The translations under genes and the position numbers were made by a program. Of a DNA stretch of 64,000 nt, positions 1-12,532 are shown one piece after another; position 1 is the first letter of the stretch, and every line of letters starts with the position of its first letter. Source of the DNA: Chrysemys picta bellii (taxonomy: Eukaryota). The stretch covers positions 245,706,001-245,770,000 of the forward strand of contig NC_088791.1 of the NCBI RefSeq assembly GCF_011386835.1, written 5' to 3'. The notes under the pieces were generated by a model. That model was not told where the DNA came from, made no database searches, and saw nothing but the letters and a program-made list of their open reading frames with translations.

Positions 1-336
1 ATATTGCTTATGATTAATGACAACTGGAAGATGCAACAACAGCTGCTAACAATATCAGTGACAGTTCACCCCACAGGTTTTCCGTTCTTTTTATGAGAAA
101 GGGTAACTTCAAGCTTATAAAGGATTTTCTATGGCTGTATTTATTTTTTTATTTTTAGAGATGCACCCATTACATGTGTGCAGGAGCATACACACAAATT
201 AAAATGCAATTTGACATGTCAACCAAATATGAAAAGATAACTCCAAAATCCAACTGAAGACACAAATATACCCCAGCAATGGTAGGAATCAAAATGCTGC
301 TGTTTGTAATTTCTTTAATAACTAATGAATGAGAAA

Positions 337-1388
337 AGCCCAGATGAACTTTACACCATGGCACTGAAAGTCACGCTCCACAGGCTATTGGACCAGCAGG
401 AAAAGCAAATTCCAGAGTCTACGGCCATCAATTTAAGACATCCTGCCCTAGTCCTCAGAAATTCCAAATCAACTAATTTCAATTGTTGTGGTAAAGAAAT
501 ACAGTAGAACCTCAGAGGTAAGAACACCAGAGTTATGAACTGACCGGTCATCCACACACCTCATTTGGAACCAGAAGTACGCAATCAGGCAGCAGCAGAG
601 AGAAAAAAAAGAGCAAATACAGTACAGTACTGTGTTAAATGTAAATTATTAAAAAATAATGTTTAAAAAAAAGATTTGACAAAATAAGGAAACTGTTTCT
701 GTGCTTGTTTCATTTAAATTAAGATGGTGAAAAGCAGCATTTTTCTTCTATATAGTAAAGTTTCAAAGCTGTATTAAGTCAATGTTCAGTTGTAAACTTT
801 TGAAAGAACAACCATAACGTTCTGTTCAGAGTTATGACTATTTCAGAGTTACGAACAACCTCCATTCCCAAGGTGTTCGTAACTCTGAGGTTCTACTGTA
901 GGTGATTCCCCAGACACACAGAGCCTAAAAAACAGTGGGTTTAAAGGCTGTGATTTCAAATCTCACTGGAATTCAATGCTTTTAGTTCCCTTAGGTATGT
1001 TTGAAACTCCTTGCCTAAGAGATCAATATCACCACTTTGAATTACACCCAGAAATGAATAGGGAACCAATATAGTCTTTGGAGCACTGTGTAACATGCTC
1101 CCAGCAGCTAATACTGGTATACAAGCAGCCCACCAAAGTCCACACCAGCTGTAGCTTCTGAGAGTAGTCACAAGGGGATACAAGTGTAGTCTTATGTGGA
1201 ACACTTTGTAATAATCCAGTCTTTGTTTGATTGTTGTCAAACCACAACAACAGACTGTTAAAAATAATCCCCCAAATCTCAGAGTGGGAAAACCACCCGT
1301 AAAAACTAGCTGTTGTGCTTCCCACAACCACTTAGTGTCAGCAAATACTGAATTTGACTGCAAAGTTTAGTCAGTCATGCAGTGTGAA
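337..1388 (-). mobile_element. Degraded L2-clade LINE, 3' part of ORF2 (interrupted by MITE 502-898)
   Basis: Minus-strand frames pieced together give RLDYY, QKLQLVW, EHVT, VLQRLYWFPIHFWV*FKVVILI and GRRLWNLL...WAF, resembling the L2 RT C-terminal series RLDYCN / KLQLVQN / EHITPVL..LHWLP..FK / LWN.LP. Many stops and frameshifts. Confidence 0.6.
502..898. mobile_element. Tc1/mariner (Tigger-like) MITE
   Basis: TIRs CAGTAGAACCTCAGAG...CTCTGAGGTTCTACTG, flanked by TA at 500-501 and 899-900. Confidence 0.9.
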
Positions 1389-1828
1389 GGAATGAAAATG
1401 CTGCTGTTTGTAATTTCTATTACAACTAATGAATGAGAAATGTGTAGAATGAATATTCTCTGCATTCATCACTGCCAAATGACTTGAAACAACTACAGCG
1501 GTAGCCAGTTGTCCCAGTATGACACAATGGAAGTTACTTTCTTTCTAGGGACCAGAACTGGGGCAAGCCCAAATGGAGGCATGGAATATTGGAATAAAGA
1601 GGCCCCATTGCCAACCAAAAAGTTTTGAACTGAAGTCTGACATATTAATCTCTCTTGATGTCCTATAATCTCAACTTCTTTCTCTGAGCACAGAATACTT
1701 TTGTTTGAAGAAGTTAAGAAAAATAATAACTGGCTAATGTCTGTACAAAGAGTGTTGACTCCTGGCACTGAGCAGATAGCATCACACAATTTTGAGCAGA
1801 AAATGTTAATACAAACAATTGTTCCCTC

Positions 1829-3156
1829 TGTTGTATCACATTAGATGGAATATATTGGACGAAAGAATTAAAGGTGTCAACATGATCCTGTCACTGTCCA
1901 ATATTAAACAGTGTTAAACAAGGTTTGGTAGACAAAGATCTTAGCCTGCTTAGTACCATGGCAAACACACTACATTTTTTAACCTTTTAATAAAGATGCA
2001 GAAAACAGTTAAAATTTTGAAATGTGAAGTATTAAGTAGGGCTTTCATTTTAACATTTTTTGTTCTCTTTCCCTTTTGCTGGAGAAAGTTTTAAGACAGA
2101 CACCCCACCAAAACACACCATCCCCGTCTGACAGTGTCTTGGAGGTATTAAAGTGGTAATAACGGCTATTTTGGCGGAAAGAGAAGAAGTTAGTTGAGGT
2201 GGTCTGGAGGTGGTGGTGGTGTTAAAGTCTGATTCTGTTTCTTAGAAGACAAAACAAAAACACACACTCAAAAGGGGAGAGAAAAGAACAATAAAGACAG
2301 AAAATGCAGGCTTCTGTCTCGTGTTGACTCTTACTTGCACCTCACTACTGAAAAAACAAAAGCATGGCATATTGTCTTATTAGCTACTCCAAGACTTGGC
2401 AAACTTGTACCAGGGCTGTTTAGGGCATTACTGGTCACAGGGTTATAGCAGTGCAGTAAAACACAGTTTTGACCAGCTAACCCAGACTCTTATTAGATAG
2501 AAGAAAGAGGGAGGATAGGGAAGAGAAGAAATAAGGTAGGGAAGGGGAAAAAAACCACAATGTGGGGAGAGGCAGAAGGCAAAGTCTCACATCCCAGGTG
2601 ATGGCCGGGATTTAGTCAGTCTCGATGGAAGCGGTGATGTGATTTGGGTCCCTCTCTCTGGCCTGATCTGGTCAGGACTTCTCCCAGGGTCAAGATAAAG
2701 GCCCAACTGTGTTACAGTGGATCTTGAGGTCTCAGGAAATGGAGTAGGTGACAGCCATGATAGTATAGCTCACTCCTTTCCTGATCTTCTCTCTCTTAGT
2801 CAGTGGTTGTTGGCAGCCCACTTTCGCTAATTCTCCTCCAAAGTCTTTCTGAGGACCCCAAAAGGTAGTGATGGGTGAAACAGCTCTTCCCTTCATTATT
2901 TTATCCACCAATTAGGCCTAATTTCCTATACACTAATTCTGGTTAAATTGATTTCTGGGCCAACATTTTCCTTGTTTACCAGATATGATTTTAACACAGT
3001 CCTTTTTGTTCGGACTAATTCAGACGGTCTCCCTTTCCCACCTTTTCCCAGCAACATATGTTGTTCTAGGTTATTGTGACATTTTATGAACTTTCAATCA
3101 CTTTTCACATTTGAACTCACAATAAGGGTAAATTTATACGCCCAATTATCACAACA
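1829..3156 (-). mobile_element. Long solo LTR (~1.33 kb), Gypsy/ERV-like
   Basis: Termini TGTTG...CAACA; 4-bp flanks CCTC/CTTC (1 mismatch); no coding capacity. Strand inferred from ATTAAA ~160 bp from the minus-strand 3' end (an overlapping plus-strand AATAAA makes this uncertain). Confidence 0.6.
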
Positions 3157-4245
3157 CTTCTTTACTCTCTTCCCCCTCTATATTGTATGAATGAAACTGT
3201 TGGTGTCCTGATCAATGGCAGAATGCAGACTGGAGTCTGAATGGGAACAGGTTGAGCCAGTGTAACTGAAGATATGAAATTCTTACACAGTTAAGTCATA
3301 GCATACAGTATATATTCTGTGTGGGGTCCCCCATTGATTTTACTGGGATTCTACACAGGTGTACCAATCCACTCTAGCAAATAGCATTGCAGTACTGGGG
3401 TCACAGAGTTACAAACTGCTGTAATCCACTCTCTATGGTAATATTAATTTAAAATCTACAAAAGAGAAAGGAAGGCTGACACAGTTCCATACTATTATAG
3501 TATTATTTTATTTAGATTAGGGGAACCTTTATTAAGATCTTCCAAGCTACATTGATATGGGAAGTACTGACTTACTTTATTTTATTATTTTAGTTTTTAT
3601 AGATAATTTTTAAATATATTTAAAGCATTATTATATAGTATACTCAATCATTTGTAAGATCCATTAAGTCTCGTTATAAACTGTTAATAGTTTAAGTAAA
3701 AATTAATGTGATTCAAATACTTAAAAAGTCCATCTTGTGGCTACTGTATAGACGTTGTCTATACGTATCACAACAACTGTATGTTGGAAATTTCCTCACA
3801 GATAAGAGCAATAATTTTATTCTATAACCTACTGCTACAATTCTTCCTCCGCATATTTTCAATTTTTTGAATAGGTAGGTAGATAAATATTTAGGAACAA
3901 AAAGAAACAAACATCTGGATACTTTTTATAAATACAATTGTATAAACTATTATTCGGAGCACAGTTACACAAAGTACAAATTAATATTACAAAATAATTT
4001 TGAAAGTTCTGTTGAATAAATGAAAGCCAGCATCATTTAACAACCAATAAAATTCTACTTAAAACAGAGGCAAATAAAAAGTAAAGCCTTCAAAGTAAAG
4101 AAAGGATAACCCTTCCCTTGAATCCCCAAGAACAAACAAAAGTAACATTGGCAGTTGTTAAAAAAAGGGAAAAATAAAACAAATTTACATTTTCATACAA
4201 TCTTCAGTTTTACTCCTCCGCCTCCCCCCCAAAAGAAACTCTCAC

Positions 4246-4326
4246 CTGTTTGATAGCTGTTACAGTGATGACAAAGAAAAGCGGAAGTCCACTTGTTACT
4301 GGACTGGTTGGTGTATCAATAATTAA
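4246..4326 (-). CDS. ATP11A: ATP11A coding exon 4 (81 bp): [27 protein letters not shown]
   Basis: Matches the recalled ATP11A TM1-TM2 region. TTACAG acceptor, CAG|GTGAGA donor, phase 0. Confidence 0.97.
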
Positions 4327-5099
4327 CTGTAACACAAAGAATAATCATACCATTTCCTGAATATAGTTTTGTGAATTTAATGCAATCATTTTCCAAGCAT
4401 GAAATTTATATTAGGCTTTTTAGAAAGCTCACAGTGCAACTATACACAAAGCAACTTATTATTAAAAAAAGGAAAGTAAGTGCAATAAGAAATCAAGGTT
4501 ATTTCTATTGACAATACCACTCCCTGACACCATCTGTAATTGCAAATACATGAATTGGTGGATAGGCTTATATGATCTTGCACTCTGTCAAAATGGAGGT
4601 TGCTTACTGTAACTGGAGATTCTTTGAGATATGTGGTCCCTATCTGTATTCCACACACGAGTATGCATGTGCGCCATGTGCTCAAGTCTGGAAATTCTTC
4701 AAAGCAGTGTCAATTGACCTGCACTTGTGCAGTAGCTCTCCTTGCGCTTCCAACCAAGGAATGAAAGGCAGTGTGGGTCAACGCCTCTCCAGTTCCTCTT
4801 CTTACTGCAATCCAACCAGATCTGAAGCAGAAGGGATGGAGGATGGAAAGCAGTGACTACAGATGCAGCCATAGGAAAGGCAGCACTACAAGCATCTCTG
4901 TGCCACCTTTCTCACACCCTCCTCCAGTCTGAACACTGCTTGCCAGTCACCCATGTGTGGAATACACATAGGGACCATCACTCAGAGAAGAAATGGAGGT
5001 TACTTACTGTAACTGGATATTCTTTGAGGTGTGTGGTCCCTATCTACATTTCACACATGGGTGACTGGCAAGCAGTGTTCAGACTTGAGAAGGGTGCAG

Positions 5100-6110
5100 G
5101 GAAGGTGGCAGCACAATTGCTTGTAGTTATGCCCTTCCTACAACTGCATCTGCAATTGCTGCTTGGTCTAGAGTGTAATGTGTTATGAACATGTCAACAG
5201 AACTCCAAGATGATGCCCTGCAAATGTCTTGCAGTAGAACGTCAGATAGGGATGCCATGGAGCCAGCATGTGCTTGTATGGAGTGATCTGTAATACCCCC
5301 TGGAGGGGAATATTTGCTATTTTGTAGCATTCTAAGATGCATTCCAAAACCCACTTAGAAATCCTCTGGGAGGATATGGCTTGCCCATGCAATCTTTCTG
5401 CTATGGCAATAGAGTCTCAGAGATTTTCTAATTGGTTTGATTCTTTGCAGGCAGAATGCCAATTGAGCCTAATGTTGAGGGAGTGAAGTCTCTTATCTTA
5501 GGAAGAAGCATGGGGTTTCGAGAAAAATTATAGGTGATGGTGCTGTCCGATTGATGTGGAACTCAAACAATCTTGGGGAAGAAATTTGGGGTATAACCTA
5601 AGGGAAACCTTCTCTTTGTGAAACATTTTGTATAGGGAGGATCTGCCATAATGGCTCTTAGCTCCCCAATCCTTCTGGGGGAAGTGATGGTCACTAAGAA
5701 TGCCACCTTCATGGATTGGGGTGGTTCATAGCACAAGTTGCCGTAGGTCAGAAGTGTGGATCTTTAAATGTCAACAAGACAAGGTTAATGTCCCATTGAG
5801 CCATAGATTTAATGACCAGTGGAAAGATCCTAATCAGCCCTTCATAAATCATACAGTCGCAGGGTGAGCAAAGACAGAATGTCCTTCTAACGGAGGGAAG
5901 AAAGCACTAATCACTGCTAAGTGTACCCAAAGCAAACTAAGGGCTAGACCTGCAGTCTTTATGGAGAGGAGATAGTATAGGATAACTGGAATGCTCACGG
6001 TATTTAGCGAAAGTTGGTGGAGGTGTACCCAGGCTGAAAAGTATCTCCATTTAGCTAGATAACTAGCTTGTAGAGAATCCTTTCTACTTCGGTTAAGGAT
6101 TTCCTAAACT
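5100..6110 (-). pseudogene. DIRS tyrosine recombinase remnant
   Basis: MKVAFLVTITSPRRIGELRA at ~5655-5712; RISKWVLECI and HSIQAHAGS..DICRASSWSS..FITHYTLD in ORFs 5127-5392; frameshifted. Upper boundary approximate. Confidence 0.85.
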
Positions 6111-6753
6111 GGGGTGGTGCATGAACATTCTATTTCTGACGCCCATCCAAACACCAGGCCCGTGAGGTGGAGTGATCCCAGATTGGGGTGCTTGATTTTC
6201 CCCCCGTCAAGGGTTAGGAGATCTGCAAAAGGGAGGATCCTGATGGACGTGTATGGACATAGTTAGAAGTTCTATGAACCAGGATAGTCTGGGCCAGCAG
6301 GAGGAGAATGGATCTTCCCTACGACTTGCGATAGTAGGGGGATGGAAAGAAAGGTGTATCTGAGGCTGCCCATCCAGGAGACCATCACCCTGGGAATCAC
6401 AACCTATCGGTCCCCTGGAACAATAGAGGGGGAAGTTTTCTGTTCATCTGGGAGTACCCCATTACCTAAATATCTTGGTTAGGACTGTGTTGTGGATCTG
6501 CCATTCATGGTCTGCTTAGTTTGTTTGCTAGGGAGTTATTAACACCCGGGAGGTATGTGGCTTGTATCATAATGTGGTTTCTGAAACACCACTTCCAAAG
6601 TCTGACTGCTTCCAGGCACAGAGGACAAGATCTTAATCCTCTGTTCATATACCCCACCATGAGTACGCTGTCCAACATTATCTGTACATGGAGTGAGGAT
6701 ATGAAGGGAAAGAAGGCCTTGAACACAAGGCAGATTGCCCTCAGGTCCAGTAA

Positions 6754-9557
6754 GAACAGAAGAATGGCCATACTGGGTCAGACCAAAGGTCCATCCAGCC
6801 CAGTATCCGGTCTATCGCCAGTGACCAATGCCAGGTGTCCCAGAGGGAGTGAACCTAACAGGTAATGATCAAGTGATCTCTCTCCTGCCATCCATCTCCA
6901 CCCTCTGACAAACAGAGGCTAGGGACACCATTCCTTACCCATCCTGGCTAATAGCCATTAATGGACTTAACCTCCATGAATTTATCCAGTTCTCTTTTAA
7001 ACCCTGTTATAGTCCTAGCCTTCACAACCTTCTCAGGCAAGGAGTTCCACAGGTTGACTGTGCGCTGTGTGAAGAACTTCCTTTTATTTGTTTTAAACCT
7101 GCTGCCCATTAATTTCATTTGGTGGCCCCTAGTTCTTATATTATGGGAACAAGTAAATAACTTTTCCTTATTCACTTTCTCCACACCCCTCATGATTTCA
7201 TATACCTCTATCATATCCCCCCTTAGTCTCCTCTTTTCCAAGCTGAAAAGTCCTAGCCTCTTTAATCTCTCCTCATATGGGACCTGTTCCAAACCCCTAA
7301 TCATTTTAGTTGCCCTTCTCTGAACCTTTTCTAATGCCAGTATATCTTTTTTGAGATGAGGAGACCACATCTGTACGCAGTATTCAAGATGTAGGCGTAC
7401 CATGGATTTATATAAGGGCAATAAGATATTCTCCGTCTTATTCTCTATCCCCTTTTTAATGATTCCTAACATCCTGTTTGCTTTTTTGACTGCTGCTGCA
7501 CACTGCATGGACGTCTTCAGAGAAGTATCCACAATGACTCCAAGATCTCTTTCCTGATTAGTTGTAGCTAAATTAGCCCCCATCATATTGTATGTACAGT
7601 TGGGGTTATTTTTTCCAATGTGCATTACTTTACATTTATCCACATTAAATTTTATTTGCCATTTTGTTGTCCAATCACTTTTTTGAAGTTCTTTACAGTC
7701 TGCTTTGGTCTTAACTATCTTGAGCAATTCAGTATCATCTGCAAACTGTGCCCCCTCACTGTTTACCCTTTTCTCCAGATCATTTATGAATAAGTTGAAT
7801 AGGATTGGTCCTAGGACTGACCCTTGGGAAACACCACTAGTTACCCCTCTCCATTCTGAAAATTTACCATTTATTCCTACCCTTTGTTCCCTATCTTTTA
7901 ACCAGTTCTCAATTCACGAAAGGATCTTCCCTCTTATCCCATGACAACTTACGTAAATTAAGAGCCTTTGGTAAGGGACCTTGTCAAAAGCTTTCTGGAA
8001 ATCTAAGTATACTATGTCCACTGGATCCCCCTTGTCCACGTTTGTTGACCCCTTCAAAGAACTCTAATAGATTAATAAGACATGATTTCCCTTTACAGAA
8101 ACCATGTTGACTTTTGCCCAACAAGTTATGTTCTTCTATGTGTCTGACAATTTTATTCTTTACTATTATATTATTTACTGGGGGGGAGGGATAGCTCAGT
8201 GGTTTGAGCATTGGCCTGCTAAACCCAGGGTTGTAAGTTCAATCCTTGAGGGGGCCACTTAGGGATCTGGGGCAAAATCAGTACTTGGTCCTGCTAGTGA
8301 AGGCAGGGGGCTGGACATGATGACCTTTCAAGGTCCCTTCCAGTTCTAGGAGATGGGATATCTCCATTTATTTATTTATTTATTGTTTCAACTAATTTGC
8401 CCGGTACTGATGTTAGACTTACCGGTCTGTAATTGCCGGGATCACCTCTAGAACCCTTTTAAAATATTGGCGTTACATTAGCTATCTTCTAGTCATTGGG
8501 TACAGAAGCTGATTTAAAGGACAGGTTACAAACCATAGTTAATAGTTCTGCAATTTCACATTTGAGTTCTTTCAGAACTCTTGGGTGAATGCCATCTGGT
8601 CCCAGTGACTTGTTACTGTTAAATTTATCAATTAATTCCCAAACCTCCTCTAGTGACACTTCAATCTGTGACAATTCCTCAGATTTGTCACCCACAAAGG
8701 ACGGCTCAGGTTTGAGAACTCCCTAACACCCTCAGCTGTGAAGACTGAAGCAAAGAATTAATTTAGTTTCTCCACAATGACTTTATCGTCTTTAAGTGCT
8801 CCTTTTGTATCTTGATCGTCGAGGGGGCCCTACTGATTGTTTAGTAGGCTTTCTGCTTCTGATGTACTTAAAAAACATTTTGTTATTACCTTTTGAGTTT
8901 TGGGCTAGCTGTTCTTCAAACTCCTTTTGGGCTTTTCTTATTACATTTTTACACTTAATTTGGCAGTGTTTATGCTCCTTTCTATTTATCTCACTGGGAT
9001 TTGACTTCCACTTTTTAAAAGATGCCTTTTTATCTCTCACTGCTTCTTTTACATGGTTAAGCCACAGTGGCTCTTTTTTAGTTCTTCTGCTGTGTTTTTT
9101 AATTTGGGCCTCTATTATGGTGTCTTTGAAAAGTGTCCACGCAGCTTGCAGGGATTTCACTCTAGTCACTGTACCTTTTAATTTCTGTTTAACTAACCTC
9201 CTCATTTTTGCATAGTTCCCCTTTCTGAAATTAAATGCCACAGTGTTGTTGGGCTGTTGAGGTGTTCTTCCCACCACAGGAATGTTAAATGTTATTATAT
9301 TATGGTCACTATTTCCAAGAGGTCCTGTTACAGTTACCTCTTGGACCAGATCCTGCGTTCCACTCAGGACTAAATTGAGATTTGCCTCTCCCCTTGTGGG
9401 TTCCTGTACCAGCTGCTCCAAGAAGCAGTAGTTTTAAAGTATCTAGGAATTTTGTCTCTGTCTTTCGTCCTGAGGTGACATGTACCCAGTCAATATGGGG
9501 ATAATTGAAATCCCCCACTACTATTAAGTTCTTTATTTTGATAGCATTTCATTGTCA
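6754..9557 (-). mobile_element. CR1 LINE, 5'-truncated within the endonuclease domain, relatively young
   Basis: ORF2 pieces: GDFNYPHIDW, GPDGIHPRVLKEL, SQHGFCKGKSCLINLLEFFE, QFADDT and a 259-aa open C-terminus (6948-7727); CR1 3'UTR. Perfect 6-bp TSD CAGTAA at 6748-6753 and 9558-9563. Confidence 0.96.
8180..8384 (+). mobile_element. Tortoise-type tRNA-derived SINE with CR1-like tail, inserted in the CR1
   Basis: tRNA-like head (GATAGCTCAGTGG A-box; GTTCAATCC B-box), CR1-like 3' region, (TTTA)n tail. The CR1 sequence ctttactatt|gtttcaact rejoins across it. Confidence 0.93.
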
Positions 9558-12532
9558 CAGTAAATTTATATGCAGTCTGCCCTTTTTGGTGGTCCAGGTA
9601 TACTGAGCAGTGTGGTAGTCAAGGTGTGGGCCCCCTCCCTGAGGGAGGCGTCTGTCACAATGGTGACTCTTGGTATGGGAGGGTTGAAAGAAGTTCTCAC
9701 CATGACTTTGTTTGGGTTCGACCACCAAGCAAGGGAGGTGAGAACTCTGATGGGAACAGTCACCTTGGAGAGGATGTGGTCCCTGTTTGGCTGGTAAGTC
9801 AAGTGGAGCCAGGCTTACAGACACAGCAAGTGGAGTCTGGCGAACAGCATCACATAGCTATATGCAGCCAACAGCAAGAGACGCTGGTGCACCATAGTTC
9901 ACGGTTTGCGGGTAATGCAGAAAATCAGGTTGCTCATCATGTGACATCTGCCTGAGGGAAGAAATGCTCTTGTAGAGACTGAGTCCAGTTGTGCTCCTAT
10001 TTTGCCTGGAGGCTCAGGTGGGTGCTGGTAATAGTTTACTGTCCTTGTGGGTGACAAAACAGACTTTTCTTCATTTATACAAATGCCCAAGGTAGCAAGA
10101 AGTTGCCAAAGAGATCCTATCACTGACATGACTTCCTCATGAGATTGGCCTACCAGAAGCCTGTTGTCCAGGTATGGGAACACCGTGTAGCCCTGCCACT
10201 TTATCTGGGCTGCTACCATCCCCCAGTGTAAAAGGGATTCTGCCTCAAGATGAAAAAATCAATTTTCGTCCTCGAAGGGAAATTGGGAACGGAGTTTGTG
10301 ATAAGGGAAGGAGAGAAACTCAATGGAGTATCCCCGATGGATAATCTCCAGGACCCAACTGTCTGGGGTGATCTTGTTCTAGCTGTGGGCAAAGAGAGTA
10401 AGGTGGCACCCATCTAAAAGGCTCTCTGGTATTTTCTTCTTGGGGGATGGAAGGTAAATCCCCGGGGACTGCAAAATAGATCAAGTCCTTTAGTGACTGC
10501 AGGGACTCATCTGTCTTTCCACTGAAAAGGTTAGACTCATTAAAGGGGAGGTCCTGGATGGTGATTTGGACCTTTCTAGGAAACCTTGACAAGTGTAGCC
10601 ATGAGTCCCTTCACAATACAAGTCCTGGATACTGTGTCTGCAGCATCCACCTCTGTGTGGAGGGCCACCTTTGCTACTAACTTCCCTTCATCTAGAAGGG
10701 ACTGGAACTGGGTTGTCTATGGGAAGTTTATCTTTAAAGTCCGCAAGCCTGGCATAGGTATTAAAATCGTATTTAGCTACCAATGCTTGTAGTTAGTTAT
10801 GCAAAATTACAGACATGTGGAGGAGAAGACCTTTCTTCCCAGGAGGTCCAGTCTCTTTGAGCCCTTATGTGCCAGGGTGGATTTCCATGACTGACTGTAC
10901 CACCAAAGAACTGGGGGTAGGATGAGAAAACAAGAAGTCAGCTCCTTTGGCAGGAACAAAATAATGTAGCTCGATCTTTTTTGGTGTAGGGCCACAAGAT
11001 GCTGGTGTGTACCATACCACTGTGGCTGGCTCTAGTATAGAGTATAATTGGAAGGGCCACCTTACTCCATCCCTGTGGTTGCAAAATATCCAGGAGCTAG
11101 TGTGGAAGGATCTAAACCTCCACTATTGGGATCTGTAAATCGTTTGTGACCTTTTCTAAAAGCTCCTGGTACTGACAGTGGTCATTTGGCAGAAAAAGCA
11201 ATGAAAGAATGACAGCATTGTCTGGGGATAATGAAGACAATGACCCTATTGGAATCGTTGGTACCAGTGGAACTGGTTCTGGCTCCTCCTCCTTGTACAG
11301 AGATGGAACTGGCTGGTGAGAAGGGGAGGAGTGGTGCAACTTCTGAAAGGGCTCCAGAGGCCTGCCATAAGGATCCCATAGGCCCCAATAAGTCCAGATG
11401 GCAGGATCCATCCATTGCAGTGGCTCCCAGGGGAATCGGTACCAGTAGTGCCTAGGAGGGTCATACCCGGAGAGATAGCAAGTACGCTCTCTCAACTGTC
11501 TGTTGGGGCTCCTGTGCCTGAGCAGAGATACTGTGCGGCTATCTCGTCTGACTCCTCTGATTACGAGGACTGTTCCATCGGTAGCAGGTTCCAGGTCGCT
11601 CCTGCCTAATAGTTGGAGATGGAACTGCTCCTGAGACATCAGTAAAGATTCCTCTTCTGGAGAAAGAACATCCCTCAAGAGAGCCAGAAAAAAGAGTGGA
11701 GTCTGTGAGTAGGGGAAGAGTATGTCCTCCGGTGTTATGTAGGTCCCTGTATGGCTTGGGACCCAGGGAGTTCCAGCAGATATGGCTGAAGGACCCGGCT
11801 CATTTGTGAAGCCGAACATTCTTTAGGTGAACAAGGCAGTGCCAATGAGGAGTCTGGACCCACACTCGTAGATGGAACCGGTGAGCATCTGTCCTTCCAT
11901 TTCAGAAGCACAGTCACCGTTGGATCCCTCTTTTTGCATGCCTTGCCCTCCAACTTGGGGATCTTTTGCAGAGCCACTTCCATGGGTTCCAGATGTGATG
12001 TCTCACCCAACCTGGACTGGCCTGGGGAGGAAACACATTTCCTATAGACAGTCGTCTGTGAGGATCTGTCCTTGCACCCATGAGAGTGCCCTCTATTTTC
12101 ATAGAAAGCCCTGGAGGAAAAGTCCTTGGGCTTTAGGGTTAACTGTTCCGCTCCAAGCCAAGTACTTGGAGGGGCACTGCTGGTCGGTGGAGGACAATTT
12201 ACAGGCAGCTCTGCTGGGCCTGGATCAGAGCGGGGCCTCATAGCCTCCTCCATCAGGAACAGTCGGGGCTCCTAGGCCTCTTGAGTTCTGGGTGGAAAGG
12301 ATCAGCAGATATTGCACTTGCAGAGATATGTACTTCTCCCAGATAGTACAGGCACTGTTGATGATCGTTGCTGATGGAGAAAGACAAGGGCAGGAAATGC
12401 AATTCTTGAAGCTCAGGTCTCTGACATAGTCCTGGAACTGGAGATTTCCCCCAACTGGGGATGAGGGAACTACTCTATGCTAACCATAGACTATACTAAC
12501 TACAAACTAGTTAAGAGTCTCTAACTGATCAC

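Larger units (their letters stand above)
4590..12530 (-). mobile_element. DIRS-type tyrosine-recombinase retrotransposon, degraded, 5' terminus missing, interrupted by CR1 6754-9557
   Basis: Domain order on minus strand: gag with Cys/His motif (FKNCISC...HQQCLYYLGEVH; ATG 12427), RT remnant (VFPYLDN), RNase H (IVTDAS; HINLLDLRAI), methyltransferase-like remnant (YTFLSIP..WPRLSW), YR (SPRRIGEL; HSIQA; THY). Terminal repeat and internal complementary region at 4590-5085. Confidence 0.92.

Noticed and set aside
1493-1789. 98-aa ORF containing FQYSMPPFGLAP, reminiscent of RT motif B
   Set aside because: No flanking RT motifs at the right spacing; treated as chance.
8188-8256. tRNA gene-like sequence (also 38955-39023)
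   Set aside because: Continues into a SINE body and CR1-like tail; it is a SINE head, not a tRNA gene.
10320-12427. Long ORFs (235 aa, 172 aa) that could be a host gene
   Set aside because: They lie in the DIRS gag region, in register with its RT, RNase H and YR, and are frameshifted.
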